A stretch of DNA of 32,000 nt from an uncultured Actinomycetes bacterium (GTDB taxonomy: Bacteria; Actinomycetota; Actinomycetes; S36-B12; CAIYMF01): positions 870,001 to 902,000 of the forward strand of contig CAWJMG010000001.1 of the NCBI GenBank assembly GCA_963843975.1, given 5' to 3'. The position numbers and the translations under genes were made by a program. The notes below the pieces were generated by a model. It worked only from the letters and a program-made list of their open reading frames with translations. It had not been told where the DNA came from and did no database searches. This document shows, piece by piece, positions 1-8,514 of the stretch; position 1 is the first letter of the stretch; each line of letters opens with the position of its first letter.

Positions 1-79
1 CGTGGCCAACGCGCACGACACGGACAAGGACGGCGACGGCATCGCGAACTGGAAGGACAGCTCGCCCCGCGGCGTCTGA
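1..79 (+). CDS. 3' end (partial) of a secreted Asp-rich DxDxDG-repeat protein, upstream paralog of 350..1153
   Basis: Frame from nt 2 reads VANAHDTDKDGDGIANWKDSSPRGV*. This is nearly the same as the C-terminus of the 350..1153 product (VANAHDLDKDGDGVVNWKDSAPRGV*). The nucleotide similarity continues into the 3' flank. Confidence 0.7.
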   Translation, partial: VANAHDTDKDGDGIANWKDSSPRGV

Positions 80-96
80 CCTCCCCCGCACCACCG

Positions 97-133
97 GCAG
101 GGGCCGGGCAGCCTTCGGGCCGCCCGGCCCTGC
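97..133 (+). terminator. GC-rich hairpin downstream of the partial paralog (putative intrinsic terminator, no U-tract)
   Basis: gcaggggccgggc ... gcccggccctgc arms with an inner gcc-ttcg-ggc stem. A homologous hairpin sits at 1170..1205. Confidence 0.45.
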
Positions 134-349
134 TCGTCCTCTGGCCGCAGCGGGGTGGAGACGGAGCGCCATCAGCCGGACGCCCGGGCGATTTCCAAGG
201 AACGTCCAAGAGACGTCGGACGCGCTCCCCACGGCCGCAGCGAACGGGTGAAGCCGCAGGTCGAACGCTCAGGGACCGCTCAGGAACGGGCGACAACGCA
301 TCTGTCATCGACATCCCGGGCTTCGGCCCCATCCGATCGTGAGGACCCC

Positions 350-1153
350 ATGAGCAGCACCCGACGCACGAGCCTCCGCGCAGCCACCGCGCTGGGCGCC
401 GTGCTCACCGTGATCCTGGCCGGCGGAGCCGTGACCGGCATCGCCCACGCCTCCGACTCCACCTCGGGCGGCGGCGACGGAACCAGCGTCAGCACCGACA
501 CCGGCGAGGACCAGGACGGCGACGGCACCCCCGAGGCGGAGGACGCCGACGACGACGGCGACGGCATCGACGACGCCGTCGACTCCGACAAGGACGACGA
601 CGGCATCGAGGACTCGGTCGACGCCGACGACGACGGCGACGGCGTCAAGGACGCGGTCGAGACCGACATCGACGGCGACGGCATGGACGACGACTCGGCC
701 GCCGAGACCGACATCGACGGCGACCTGCGCGCCGACGACGCGTCGAACGAGCTCGACATCGACGGCGACGGGCTCAAGGACAACGCCGTCGCGGAGACCG
801 ACATCGACGGCGACGGGCGGACCGACGCCAGCGCCAACGAGGCCGACATCGACGGCGACGGGCGCACGGACGGCTCGAAGTTCGAGGTCGACATCGACGG
901 CGACGGCCTGAAGGACACCAGCGCCCTCGAGAAGGACATCGACGGCGACGGCAAGGGCGACAGCTCGGCCACCGAGACCGACATCGACGGCGACGGCACC
1001 TCCGACGCCAAGGACAAGGACGTGGATGGCGACGGCATCGCGAACCACGTCGACTCCGACCTCGACGGCGACGGCGTGGCCAACGCGCACGACCTCGACA
1101 AGGACGGCGACGGCGTCGTGAACTGGAAGGACAGCGCGCCGCGCGGCGTCTGA
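350..1153 (+). CDS. secreted Asp-rich calcium-binding-type repeat protein (thrombospondin type 3 / EF-loop-like DxDxDG motifs)
   Basis: ATG at 350 is preceded by gtgaggacccc (GAGGA). The N-terminus MSSTRRTSLRAATALGAVLTVILAGGAVTGIAHA looks like a signal peptide. The rest is serial D-[ILVK]-D-G-D-G-x-x-D units. The ORF-track start at 155 is probably too far upstream. Confidence 0.8.
   Translation: MSSTRRTSLRAATALGAVLTVILAGGAVTGIAHASDSTSGGGDGTSVSTDTGEDQDGDGTPEAEDADDDGDGIDDAVDSDKDDDGIEDSVDADDDGDGVKDAVETDIDGDGMDDDSAAETDIDGDLRADDASNELDIDGDGLKDNAVAETDIDGDGRTDASANEADIDGDGRTDGSKFEVDIDGDGLKDTSALEKDIDGDGKGDSSATETDIDGDGTSDAKDKDVDGDGIANHVDSDLDGDGVANAHDLDKDGDGVVNWKDSAPRGV
665..1024 (+). repeat. eight in-phase 45-nt (15-codon) tandem coding repeats, each containing gacatcgacggcgac (DIDGD)
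   Basis: gacatcgacgg starts at 665, 710, 755, 800, 845, 890, 935 and 980, an exact 45-nt spacing. Looser 39-nt units (DVDGDG, DLDGDG, DKDGDG) follow. Confidence 0.9.
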
Positions 1154-1169
1154 CCTCCTCGCACCACCG

Positions 1170-1205
1170 GCAGGGCCGGGTGACCTCCGGGTCGCCCGGC
1201 CCTGC
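1170..1205 (+). terminator. GC-rich hairpin after the Asp-rich gene (putative terminator)
   Basis: gcagggccgggtgacc / ggtcgcccggccctgc arms with a 4-nt loop and one G-U position. Confidence 0.5.
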
Positions 1206-1283
1206 TGCGTGCCGCCCTCGCGGCACGCGGCAACTTCGTGCGATGCGCTGCGACCTGCCGCGCGTCGGTCCTAGGTTCGCCCC

Positions 1284-2933
1284 ATGTTCACGTTGCTGCG
1301 CAGCTACTCGCCGTCGTGGCTCCGGGGGGACCTGGTGGCCGGCGTGACGGTCGCCGCCATCGCCATCCCCGAGTCCCTCGGCTACGCGTCCATCGCCGGC
1401 CTCCCGCCCCAGGCCGGCCTCTACTGCGCGCTGCTGCCCCCGATCCTGTTCGCGCTGCTCGCGTCCTCCCGCCAACTGGTCGTGGGTGCCGACTCGGCGA
1501 CCGCAGCACTGGTCGCGGCCGGCGCGGGCGCGGTGGCCGCCGTGGGCACGGCGGCGTACGCCGGGTCGATCGCGGTGCTCGGCCTCCTGACCGGCGCGAT
1601 CCTGCTCGTCATGGCGGTCGCACGGCTCGGGTTCCTCGCCGACCTCATCTCCCAGCCGGTGCTCGCGGGCTTCCTGTCGGGCGTCGGCGTCTCGCTCATC
1701 ATCGGCAAGCTGCCCGAGGTGCTGGGCATCAAGGCGTCGGGCTCCACGTGGGACAAGCTCGTCGACACGATCACCGGCCTCGGCACGATCAACTGGTGGT
1801 CCGCCGCCCTCGGGCTCGGCGTCGTCGCGGTGATGGTCGGTGCACTGCGCCTGCCGGCCGCCGTACCGGCAGCGCTCTTCGCGCTCGTCGTGTTCTCCAT
1901 CGTCGGCAACCTGCTGCACGTCGAGACCCACGGGGTCGACATGGTCGGCGCGCTGCCGCCGGGCCTCCCGAGCTTCGCGTGGCCCACGGTGAGCACGGGC
2001 GAGATCGGAACCCTGTCGGCGGCGGCCGTCTCGATCGCCGTGGTCGTCCTCGCGCAGAGCGCGGCGGTCTCACGCAGCTTCGGCACCAAGAACGGCTACA
2101 AGGTCGACACCAACAGCGACCTCGTCGGGCTCGCTGCTGCGAACGCCGCCAGCGCCGTGACGGGCGGGTTCGCCATCAACGGCAGCCCGCCGCGTACCGC
2201 CGCGGGTGACGGCTCCGGATCGAAGTCGCAGCTGGTCAACATCGTGATGGCCGTCGTGATCGGCGCGCTGCTCCTGTTCGGCTCGGGCCTGTTCGCCTAC
2301 GTCCCCTCGACCGTTCTTGACGGCATCGTCCTCGGCATCGGCTTCCACCTGCTCAAGATCTCCGAGCTGAAGGCGGTGGCGAGGGCAAGCAAGGAGGAGC
2401 TGTTCGCAGCCTTGCTCGCCCTCGTGGTCGTGGCATTCGTGGGCGTCGAGCAGGGCGTGCTCCTCGCCGTCATCGTGGCGTTGGTGGAGCGGGCCCGGCG
2501 GGCCTACCGCCCGGCGGACGAGGTGACGCTTCAGGGCGGCCTGATCGGCGCCCGCGAGCAGGAGCGGTTCGGTCCCATCGCGCCCGACAGGCTGAGGGGC
2601 ACGCTCGTCTACCGCTTCGGTACGTCGCTGTTCTTCGCCAACGCGACGCACTTCGACGAGCGCCTGCGCGGTCTCGTCGAGGAGACGACGCCCACCCCCG
2701 ACGTGGTGATCGTCGACGCCGCAGCGATGAGCGACATCGACGTCACAGGGGCGAACGTCCTGACCCGCATCGCGAAGGACTTCTCGGTGCGTGGCATCCG
2801 GCTGGTGCTCACCGAGCTCTCGCCGTCCGCGGCAGCGACGGTGGCCAGCACCGAGCTCGGCTCCGTCGCCGAGATCGTGCCGCGCATCGAGGACGCGCTC
2901 TCGGCCCCGGGCTCGTCACCGACCTCAGGCTGA
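1284..2933 (+). CDS. SulP family inorganic anion (sulfate) transporter with C-terminal STAS domain
   Basis: N-terminus ...GDLVAGVTVAAIAIPESLGYASIAGLPPQAGLY is typical of SulP. The protein is polytopic and hydrophobic throughout. The C-terminal soluble part (VVIVDAAAMSDIDVTGANVL) is STAS-like. Confidence 0.9.
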   Translation: MFTLLRSYSPSWLRGDLVAGVTVAAIAIPESLGYASIAGLPPQAGLYCALLPPILFALLASSRQLVVGADSATAALVAAGAGAVAAVGTAAYAGSIAVLGLLTGAILLVMAVARLGFLADLISQPVLAGFLSGVGVSLIIGKLPEVLGIKASGSTWDKLVDTITGLGTINWWSAALGLGVVAVMVGALRLPAAVPAALFALVVFSIVGNLLHVETHGVDMVGALPPGLPSFAWPTVSTGEIGTLSAAAVSIAVVVLAQSAAVSRSFGTKNGYKVDTNSDLVGLAAANAASAVTGGFAINGSPPRTAAGDGSGSKSQLVNIVMAVVIGALLLFGSGLFAYVPSTVLDGIVLGIGFHLLKISELKAVARASKEELFAALLALVVVAFVGVEQGVLLAVIVALVERARRAYRPADEVTLQGGLIGAREQERFGPIAPDRLRGTLVYRFGTSLFFANATHFDERLRGLVEETTPTPDVVIVDAAAMSDIDVTGANVLTRIAKDFSVRGIRLVLTELSPSAAATVASTELGSVAEIVPRIEDALSAPGSSPTSG

Positions 2934-3152
2934 GATCGGCCGGCGGGCTCCCCAGGCCAGGTAGGCGATCGGGCCGACGGGCTGCACGAGCAGCCCCATC
3001 GCCCAGACCCCCTTGCGGCCGCGGACCTGCTCGGCGGGACGGCGCACGAGGTCGACCAGCGCCGTCGCGGTGAGGGACAGCTCCACCGAGACCAGCACGA
3101 GGATCGCCGTCTTCTGCCGGTCCGACAGCTCCGACCAGGATCTCCTCGTCAT
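2925..3152 (-). CDS. small membrane protein, PLD-nuclease N-terminal (PLDc_N)-like
   Basis: 75 aa: MTRRSWSELSDRQKTAILVLVSVELSLTATALVDLVRRP...VWAMGLLVQPVGPIAYLAWG. Two TM segments. The end overlaps the convergent SulP gene by 9 nt. Confidence 0.6.
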   Translation of the reverse strand: MTRRSWSELSDRQKTAILVLVSVELSLTATALVDLVRRPAEQVRGRKGVWAMGLLVQPVGPIAYLAWGARRPISA

Positions 3153-3208
3153 GCCCTCACGCTACGTCCGTCGTCGGTGCGATGCCGGATCGAGCAGGCG
3201 GGAGGCCC

Positions 3209-3244
3209 TTGCCACCTGGTTTACAGATCCCTATGGTTTGTACA
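3209..3244 (+). promoter_or_regulatory. candidate alkB promoter (TTGCCA-17-TATGGT) overlapped by a direct repeat TGGTTTACA / TGGTTTGTACA
   Basis: ttgcca at 3209..3214, 17-nt spacer, tatggt at 3232..3237. Repeats at 3217..3225 and 3234..3244. The stretch is locally AT-richer and lies just upstream of the aggag RBS and ATG 3262. Confidence 0.35.
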
Positions 3245-3261
3245 CCTCAAGCAGGAGCCCC

Positions 3262-4686
3262 ATGGATCCCGTGCTCGATCCCTCCGGAACGGTGCCGACC
3301 GGCACGACCGAGCGGTGGCGCGACCGCAAGCGCCACCTGTGGCTCGTCGCGCTCGTCATGCCGCTGCTGCCGTTCGCCGCCGTCCTCCTGCACCAGCGCA
3401 CGGGCGCCACGGTCTGGCTGTGGCTGGGCCCGATCGTGATCCTCGGCGTCGTACCGCTCATCGATCTCGTGACCGGCCTCGACCGCTCGAACCCGCCCGA
3501 CTCCCTCATCGTGGCGCTCGAGCGCGACCCCTACTACCGCTGGATCACGTTCCTGTTCCTGCCGCTGCAGTACGCCGGGTTCGCGTTCGCGTTCTGGTAC
3601 CTCGCGACCGCGGGACTGACCGTCGGCGAGCGGATCGGTCTCGCGATCACTGTCGGCTTCATCGGCGGGCTCGGCATCAACACCGCCCACGAGCTCGGCC
3701 ACAAGAAGGAGAGCCACGAGCGCTGGCTGGCGAAGATCGCCCTCGCCCCGAGCTTCTACGGCCACTTCTACATCGAGCACAACCGCGGCCACCACGTGCG
3801 CGTGGCGACACCCGAGGACCCGGCCAGCAGCCGGCTCGGCGAGACGTTCTACGGCTTCTGGCCGAGGACGGTCGCCGGGTCCGCGCGATCGGCGTGGCAC
3901 CTCGAACGCCGTCGGTACGCGCGACGCCAGCAGAGCCCGTGGCGCCTCGGCAACGACGTCCTCAACGCGTGGCTGATGTCCGTGGCCCTCTGGCTCGCGA
4001 TGGTCCTCTGGCTCGGCATCGGCGTGCTGCCCTACCTCGTGATCCAGGCCGTGATGGCCCTGACCCTGCTCGAGGCCGTGAACTACCTCGAGCACTACGG
4101 CATGCTCCGGCTGCGGGTGGGCGCTGTCGGCTACGAGCGCTATGAGCGCGTCGAGCCCCGCCACAGCTGGAACTCCAACAACATCGCGACCAACGTGCTG
4201 CTCTACCACCTGCAGCGCCACAGCGACCACCACGCGAACCCGACGCGGCGCTACCAGTCGCTCCGGGACTACGAGGAGTCACCCGTCCTGCCCACGGGCT
4301 ACGCCGGGATGATCCTGCTGGCCCTCGTGCCGCCGGCCTGGCGCCGCGTCATGGACCCCCGCGTCCTCGCCCACGTCGACGGCGACCTGTCCCGCGCCAA
4401 CGTCGCGCCGCGCCGGCTCCCCGCCTACGCCGCGCGCTACGGCACCACCGACGCGACACCCGGGGGCGACAGCGTCGTGGCGGCCCCCCTTCTGGCCGAC
4501 GCGACCGGTGGACGCGTGCACCGCTGCCCGGGATGCGGCTACGAGTACGACGAGGTCACGGGCGACGAGCGCGAGGGCTTCGCGGCCGGGACCCCATGGG
4601 TGGACGTGCCCGCCACGTGGTGCTGCCCGGACTGCGGCGTCCGCGACAAGCTCGACTTCGTCGTGGTGCCGGTGGTCGGGTCGTGA
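3262..4686 (+). CDS. alkB: alkane 1-monooxygenase fused to a C-terminal rubredoxin domain
   Basis: Histidine boxes HELGHK, EHNRGHH and LQRHSDHH plus NYLEHYG are present. The C-terminus CPGCGYEYDE...WCCPDCG has rubredoxin knuckles. ATG 3262 follows aggag. The upstream part of the track ORF (3013..) is antisense to the PLDc_N gene. Confidence 0.92.
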   Translation: MDPVLDPSGTVPTGTTERWRDRKRHLWLVALVMPLLPFAAVLLHQRTGATVWLWLGPIVILGVVPLIDLVTGLDRSNPPDSLIVALERDPYYRWITFLFLPLQYAGFAFAFWYLATAGLTVGERIGLAITVGFIGGLGINTAHELGHKKESHERWLAKIALAPSFYGHFYIEHNRGHHVRVATPEDPASSRLGETFYGFWPRTVAGSARSAWHLERRRYARRQQSPWRLGNDVLNAWLMSVALWLAMVLWLGIGVLPYLVIQAVMALTLLEAVNYLEHYGMLRLRVGAVGYERYERVEPRHSWNSNNIATNVLLYHLQRHSDHHANPTRRYQSLRDYEESPVLPTGYAGMILLALVPPAWRRVMDPRVLAHVDGDLSRANVAPRRLPAYAARYGTTDATPGGDSVVAAPLLADATGGRVHRCPGCGYEYDEVTGDEREGFAAGTPWVDVPATWCCPDCGVRDKLDFVVVPVVGS

Positions 4687-5258
4687 CACCTGCCGGCACG
4701 ACGACGGGCACGCGGCAGCGCATCGTCGCCGCCGCCGTCGCCCTGACGACCGCCGAGGGCTGGACGGCGGTGACCATGAGCCGCCTCGCGGACGACGTCG
4801 GCGTCAGCCGCCAGACCGTCTACAACGAGGTGGGGTCCAAGACCGGTCTGGCCGAGGCGATGGTCCTCACCGAGCTCGACCGCTTCCTGACCCTCGTCGA
4901 CGACGGCTTCCACGCCCACCCCGACGACCTCGGCCGGGCCATGCGCGCTGCCGTCCGCGGTGTGCTGCGCGAGGCGGGGCGGAACGAGCTGCTGCGCACG
5001 ATCGTCGCGCCCGGAGGCGGCGACCTGCTTCCGCCGCTGACCACCGATGCGGCCGCGCTGCTCGACGCCGCGAAGACCGTCGTGGGCGAGCGCATCGCGG
5101 CGTACGAGACCGCCGTCGACGGCCGTACCCGCGACGCCCTCGTCGACATGCTGGTCCGCACGGTGCTCGGCCATGTGATGCAGCCGTCCGCCTCCCCCGA
5201 GCGCAGCGCCGACGACATCGCGTCCCTCGCGACCCGCCTGCTGACCACCGCTGTGTGA
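4683..5258 (+). CDS. TetR family transcriptional regulator (alkB-linked)
   Basis: GTG 4683 overlaps the alkB stop (GTGA). The N-terminal HTH reads RQRIVAAAVALTTAEGWTAVTMSRLADDVGVSRQTVYNEVGSK. Confidence 0.85.
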   Translation: MTPAGTTTGTRQRIVAAAVALTTAEGWTAVTMSRLADDVGVSRQTVYNEVGSKTGLAEAMVLTELDRFLTLVDDGFHAHPDDLGRAMRAAVRGVLREAGRNELLRTIVAPGGGDLLPPLTTDAAALLDAAKTVVGERIAAYETAVDGRTRDALVDMLVRTVLGHVMQPSASPERSADDIASLATRLLTTAV

Positions 5259-5288
5259 GCCGGGCGAGGGAGGTGCCACGCTGACCGC

Positions 5289-6083
5289 ATGCTCACCACC
5301 GTCGCCGCCGCCGGCGAGCCCCTGCTCGTCGAGATCGACGGGGCGCCGGTGGGGGTCGATGCGCTCGCTCCCGCGAGCTTCCTCCCCGCCGCCCACCTGA
5401 CGGCTCTCCAGGTCCGGGACGGCGCGGTCCGCGGGCTCGATCTGCACCTGGCACGGCTCGCCGCCGCCCACCTGGAGCTCTTCGGATCGGTTCTCGATAC
5501 GGCCTCGGTGCGCGCACTGATGGCCCGGGCCGTGAGCGGCCACCCGAGCTCCTACCTCCGCGTCGTCGTCGACGAGCCGACGCCCGGCACGCCGCGCGTG
5601 GTGGCGGTCGTCCGCCCACCGCTCGACGCGCCGACGACTCCCCAGAGCCTGACGCCCGTCGCCTACGTCCGCCCGAGCGCGCACCTGAAGCACACCGGCA
5701 CGTTCGGGCGGGACCTCCACGGCCAGGCAGCACGGCGCAAGGGCTTCGACGACGCCCTGCTCGTGGCGCCCGACGGCCAGATCGCGGAGACGTCCATCGC
5801 CAACATCGGCTTCGTCCGTGCGGGCCGCGTCGTCTGGCCGACAGGCCCGGCGCTCCACGGCATCACCTGGCAGCTCATCGACCTCGCCCTCGCGGCTGCG
5901 GGCACACCGGCGACGGCCGAGCGCATCCGGGTCGACGACAAGCGCGCCTACGACGCCGCCTTCCTCACGAGCTCGCTCGGTGTCGCGCCGGTCGGACGCA
6001 TCGGGACGCACGCCTTCGCCGATCCCGGCGCCACCTCGTCCGTCACCGAGCTCTACGCATCGGTGCCGTGGGACGCGCTCTGA
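5289..6083 (+). CDS. aminotransferase class IV family protein (BCAT / aminodeoxychorismate-lyase fold)
   Basis: 264 aa with ...HLKHTGTF...KGFDDALLVAPDGQIAETSIANIGFV...HGITWQL..., which resembles the class IV PLP fold. Confidence 0.7.
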   Translation: MLTTVAAAGEPLLVEIDGAPVGVDALAPASFLPAAHLTALQVRDGAVRGLDLHLARLAAAHLELFGSVLDTASVRALMARAVSGHPSSYLRVVVDEPTPGTPRVVAVVRPPLDAPTTPQSLTPVAYVRPSAHLKHTGTFGRDLHGQAARRKGFDDALLVAPDGQIAETSIANIGFVRAGRVVWPTGPALHGITWQLIDLALAAAGTPATAERIRVDDKRAYDAAFLTSSLGVAPVGRIGTHAFADPGATSSVTELYASVPWDAL

Positions 6084-6210
6084 GCCGTACGACGCGGCAG
6101 GCCCGCCCCACGCGGGGACGGGCCTGCGTCGTTCCGCACGGCGCGCGGACTCTGCGCGAGGCAGACAGCCTGTAGGAGCCGTCGCCCGCACGCCGCGGGT
6201 CGGGATGCTC

Positions 6211-6747
6211 CTAGATGAACAGGAGCTGGGCGCCCGCGGTGATCTCGATGAAGTCGGAGGCGTTGATGATGCCCTCGACGCCCTCGTAGAGGTCGTCCAT
6301 CGTCACGTGGTTCATGTCCGCGCTCATCCGGCACGCCCACAGATGCCCGCCGCTGGCCACGATGTGCTCCAGGAACTCCGGCACCTCGGGGACGCCGAGG
6401 TCGGCGATCTGCTTCTTGAGCATGTGCGTGGCCATCGGCTGCATGCCCGGCATCGGCGCGAGCGCCTGCGGGATGCGGACGTCACCGATCGGCATGTGCA
6501 TGGCGGTGTTGCCGCTCGGGCTGAACTTCAGGTCGTTCATGCGGCTCTTGATGATCATGTCGAAGCCCCAGAACGTGAAGAACAGGTGGAGCTCGACGCC
6601 CTCACCGAGTGCGGCGTTTCCCAGGATGAGCCCGGGGTACGCCATGTCGAGGTTGCCCTTGGAGCAGATGATGGCGAGCTTGCGGCCGCCCTCCTCGCCC
6701 TCGTCGTCGTCGAACTTGGGGATGATCGCTTCGGCGGTGCTGGTCAT
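6211..6747 (-). CDS. DsrE/DsrF/DsrH-like sulfur-relay family protein
   Basis: KLAIICSKGNLDMAYPGLILGNAA...LWACRMSADM... matches the DsrE-like pattern. It is the last gene of the sqr operon. aaggacg RBS upstream. Confidence 0.75.
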   Translation of the reverse strand: MTSTAEAIIPKFDDDEGEEGGRKLAIICSKGNLDMAYPGLILGNAALGEGVELHLFFTFWGFDMIIKSRMNDLKFSPSGNTAMHMPIGDVRIPQALAPMPGMQPMATHMLKKQIADLGVPEVPEFLEHIVASGGHLWACRMSADMNHVTMDDLYEGVEGIINASDFIEITAGAQLLFI

Positions 6748-6799
6748 GTCAGGTCACGTCCTTGATGGAAGTCGGGTTCTCGGATGAGTGACCTCGCGG

Positions 6800-7117
6800 T
6801 CAGACGCAGCCCTTGGGCTTGGGCAGGCCGGCGATGTACGCCATCTTCTTCGCCGGCTTCTTGGGGAAGAGCTCGAAGAGCTTCTTGGTCTCGAAGCCCC
6901 CGGCGGTGGAGACGCGGCGCAGCGTCGGGGTGACGTCGTCCTGCTCCTTGAAGTCCTTGCGCATGAAGCGGATCGCGCCCCACGCGTCGTCGCTCATCTC
7001 GACGCCGATGGCGACGGCCAGGGCCTTGCCCAGGTTCTCGTCCCACTCGTCGTACACGGTCATGAAGCCTTCGTCGTCGACGTGGATCTCGTGGCCGTCG
7101 ATGGTCGTGACTGGCAT
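6800..7117 (-). CDS. TusE/DsrC/DsvC family sulfur relay protein (single C-terminal Cys type)
   Basis: 105 aa, MPVTTIDGHEIHVDDEGFM...AYIAGLPKPKGCV*. The characteristic PKPxGCV C-terminus is present. gaggag RBS upstream. Only the last 105 codons of the 509-aa track ORF are used. Confidence 0.85.
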   Translation of the reverse strand: MPVTTIDGHEIHVDDEGFMTVYDEWDENLGKALAVAIGVEMSDDAWGAIRFMRKDFKEQDDVTPTLRRVSTAGGFETKKLFELFPKKPAKKMAYIAGLPKPKGCV

Positions 7118-7170
7118 CTCTAGCTCCTCAGGTATGGGGGGGTGTCGGGGGTGGGTCGGCCGGTGCGCCG

Positions 7171-8412
7171 TCAGGCGACGGGCACCTTCTTGCCGGCCAT
7201 CTGCAGGTCGGCGGCGATCGGCATCGGGCGACCAGGCATCAGCACGTTCCAGTAGGCCCAGCGGAAGCCGAGCTTGCCGAGGTGGTTGGCCTTGGTCTCC
7301 TTGAGCAGGCTCATCGGTCCGATGCCGGGGACGGGGTACTTGCCGGGCAGCGGCTCGGTGACGTAGTTGAAGTCGATGAGCATGGCCTTGCCGTGACCCG
7401 TCTCGATGAAGCAGTTGGCGTGGCCGTCGAACGTGTGGGTCATCGGCCTGCCCGAGACGTGGTCGAGGAAGTTCTCGACGAAGCCCTCGATCTCGAAGTG
7501 CGCGACCGAGCCGGCCTTGGACGCCGGGATGTCGTTGGCGTCGCCGAGCACGAAGATCGAGTCGTACTTCTTGGACTGCAGCGTCTGCTTGTCGACGGGC
7601 ACGAGGTTGAGCTCGTTGCCGAGCCCAGAGCGAGCGACGAAGTCGGCGCCCATGTTCAGCGGGATGGTCACGAGCAGGTCGTACGGCACCTCGCGCTCGT
7701 CGTACGAGACGAGGGACTTGGTCTCGGTGTCCACGCGCTCGAGCATGAACTCGGGCTCGAGCCGCACACCCTTGTCCTCCAGCATCGTGCCGAAGGCCTT
7801 GGCCGCGATGGGCTTGGTGAACGCCGCGTCGAGCGGCGTCACGTACACGATCTCGACCTTGTCGCGCATGCCGCGGTCGGTGAAGAAGGCGTCGGCGAGG
7901 AAGGTGAATTCGAGCGGGGCCACCGGGCACTTGATCGGCATCTCGACGATGTTGACGACCAGCCGGCCGCCCTTCCACGTCTTGAGCTTCTCGGCCAGCG
8001 CGGTCGTGCCCGCGTAGGTGTAGAAGTCGAAGACGCTCTCGTACCAGGAGCCCTCGTCGTCCATGCCCGGTGTCTGATCGGGTCGCGGCGTGACGCCGCT
8101 GGCGATGACGAGCTGGTCGTAGGGCAGCACCCGTCCGTCCATCAGGCTGACGGTCCTGGCCTCGGCGTCCACGCGGTCGATCTCGGCGTAGATCAGGGGG
8201 ATGTCGTCGTCGAGGTACTTGCGGCGCGACTTCGTGACCTCGTCGGGCTGGTAGATCCCGAACGGGATGAACAGGTACCCGGGCTGGTAGTCGTGCTTGT
8301 CGTCGCGGTCGACGACCGTGATGTCCCACTCGGCCTTGTCGAGCCGCTTGTGCAGCTTGTTGGCCGTGATCGTTCCGGCGGTTCCTCCGCCGAGGATGAG
8401 CAGGTGCTTCAT
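7171..8412 (-). CDS. sqr: sulfide:quinone oxidoreductase-like FAD-dependent oxidoreductase
   Basis: MKHLLILGGGTAGTITA is a Rossmann GxGxxG start. Cys-containing IKCPVAPLE and GHANCFIE motifs are present. Start at 8412 follows aaggag. The sulfur-relay genes lie downstream. Confidence 0.8.
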   Translation of the reverse strand: MKHLLILGGGTAGTITANKLHKRLDKAEWDITVVDRDDKHDYQPGYLFIPFGIYQPDEVTKSRRKYLDDDIPLIYAEIDRVDAEARTVSLMDGRVLPYDQLVIASGVTPRPDQTPGMDDEGSWYESVFDFYTYAGTTALAEKLKTWKGGRLVVNIVEMPIKCPVAPLEFTFLADAFFTDRGMRDKVEIVYVTPLDAAFTKPIAAKAFGTMLEDKGVRLEPEFMLERVDTETKSLVSYDEREVPYDLLVTIPLNMGADFVARSGLGNELNLVPVDKQTLQSKKYDSIFVLGDANDIPASKAGSVAHFEIEGFVENFLDHVSGRPMTHTFDGHANCFIETGHGKAMLIDFNYVTEPLPGKYPVPGIGPMSLLKETKANHLGKLGFRWAYWNVLMPGRPMPIAADLQMAGKKVPVA

Positions 8413-8514
8413 CTCGCGCTCCTTGGCCTGCGCACGGGTCGTGGCGGTCAAGGGCCGGATGCCCTGGCTGTCTCGATCCGGCGGTGAGGCCGGTCGGCTC
8501 CTACGACGCCCACT

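Noticed and set aside
665-1024. Regular 45-nt periodic repeats considered as a CRISPR-like array
   Set aside because: The repeats are in phase with a long ORF and encode a coherent DIDGDG motif. There are no unique spacers and no cas genes. They are coding tandem repeats.
280-1931. Long minus-strand ORFs (280..1233, 305..1090, 774..1931) opposite the Asp-rich gene
   Set aside because: Their products are Ser/Pro/Arg or Val/Ala low-complexity mirrors of the GAC-rich repeats. The plus-strand frame has a signal peptide, an RBS and a coherent motif. These are antisense shadow ORFs.
3013-3261. Upstream extension of the alkB ORF (and alternative-frame ORFs 3177..4145, 3247..4233)
   Set aside because: The extension is antisense to the PLDc_N gene and lacks AlkB similarity. 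ATG 3262 with an aggag RBS gives a normal AlkB N-terminus.
7118-8329. N-terminal 400 aa of the 509-aa minus ORF 6800..8329
   Set aside because: It is an Arg/Pro-rich out-of-frame overlap with sqr. Only the last 105 codons (TusE/DsrC-like), which have their own RBS and ATG at 7117, look real.
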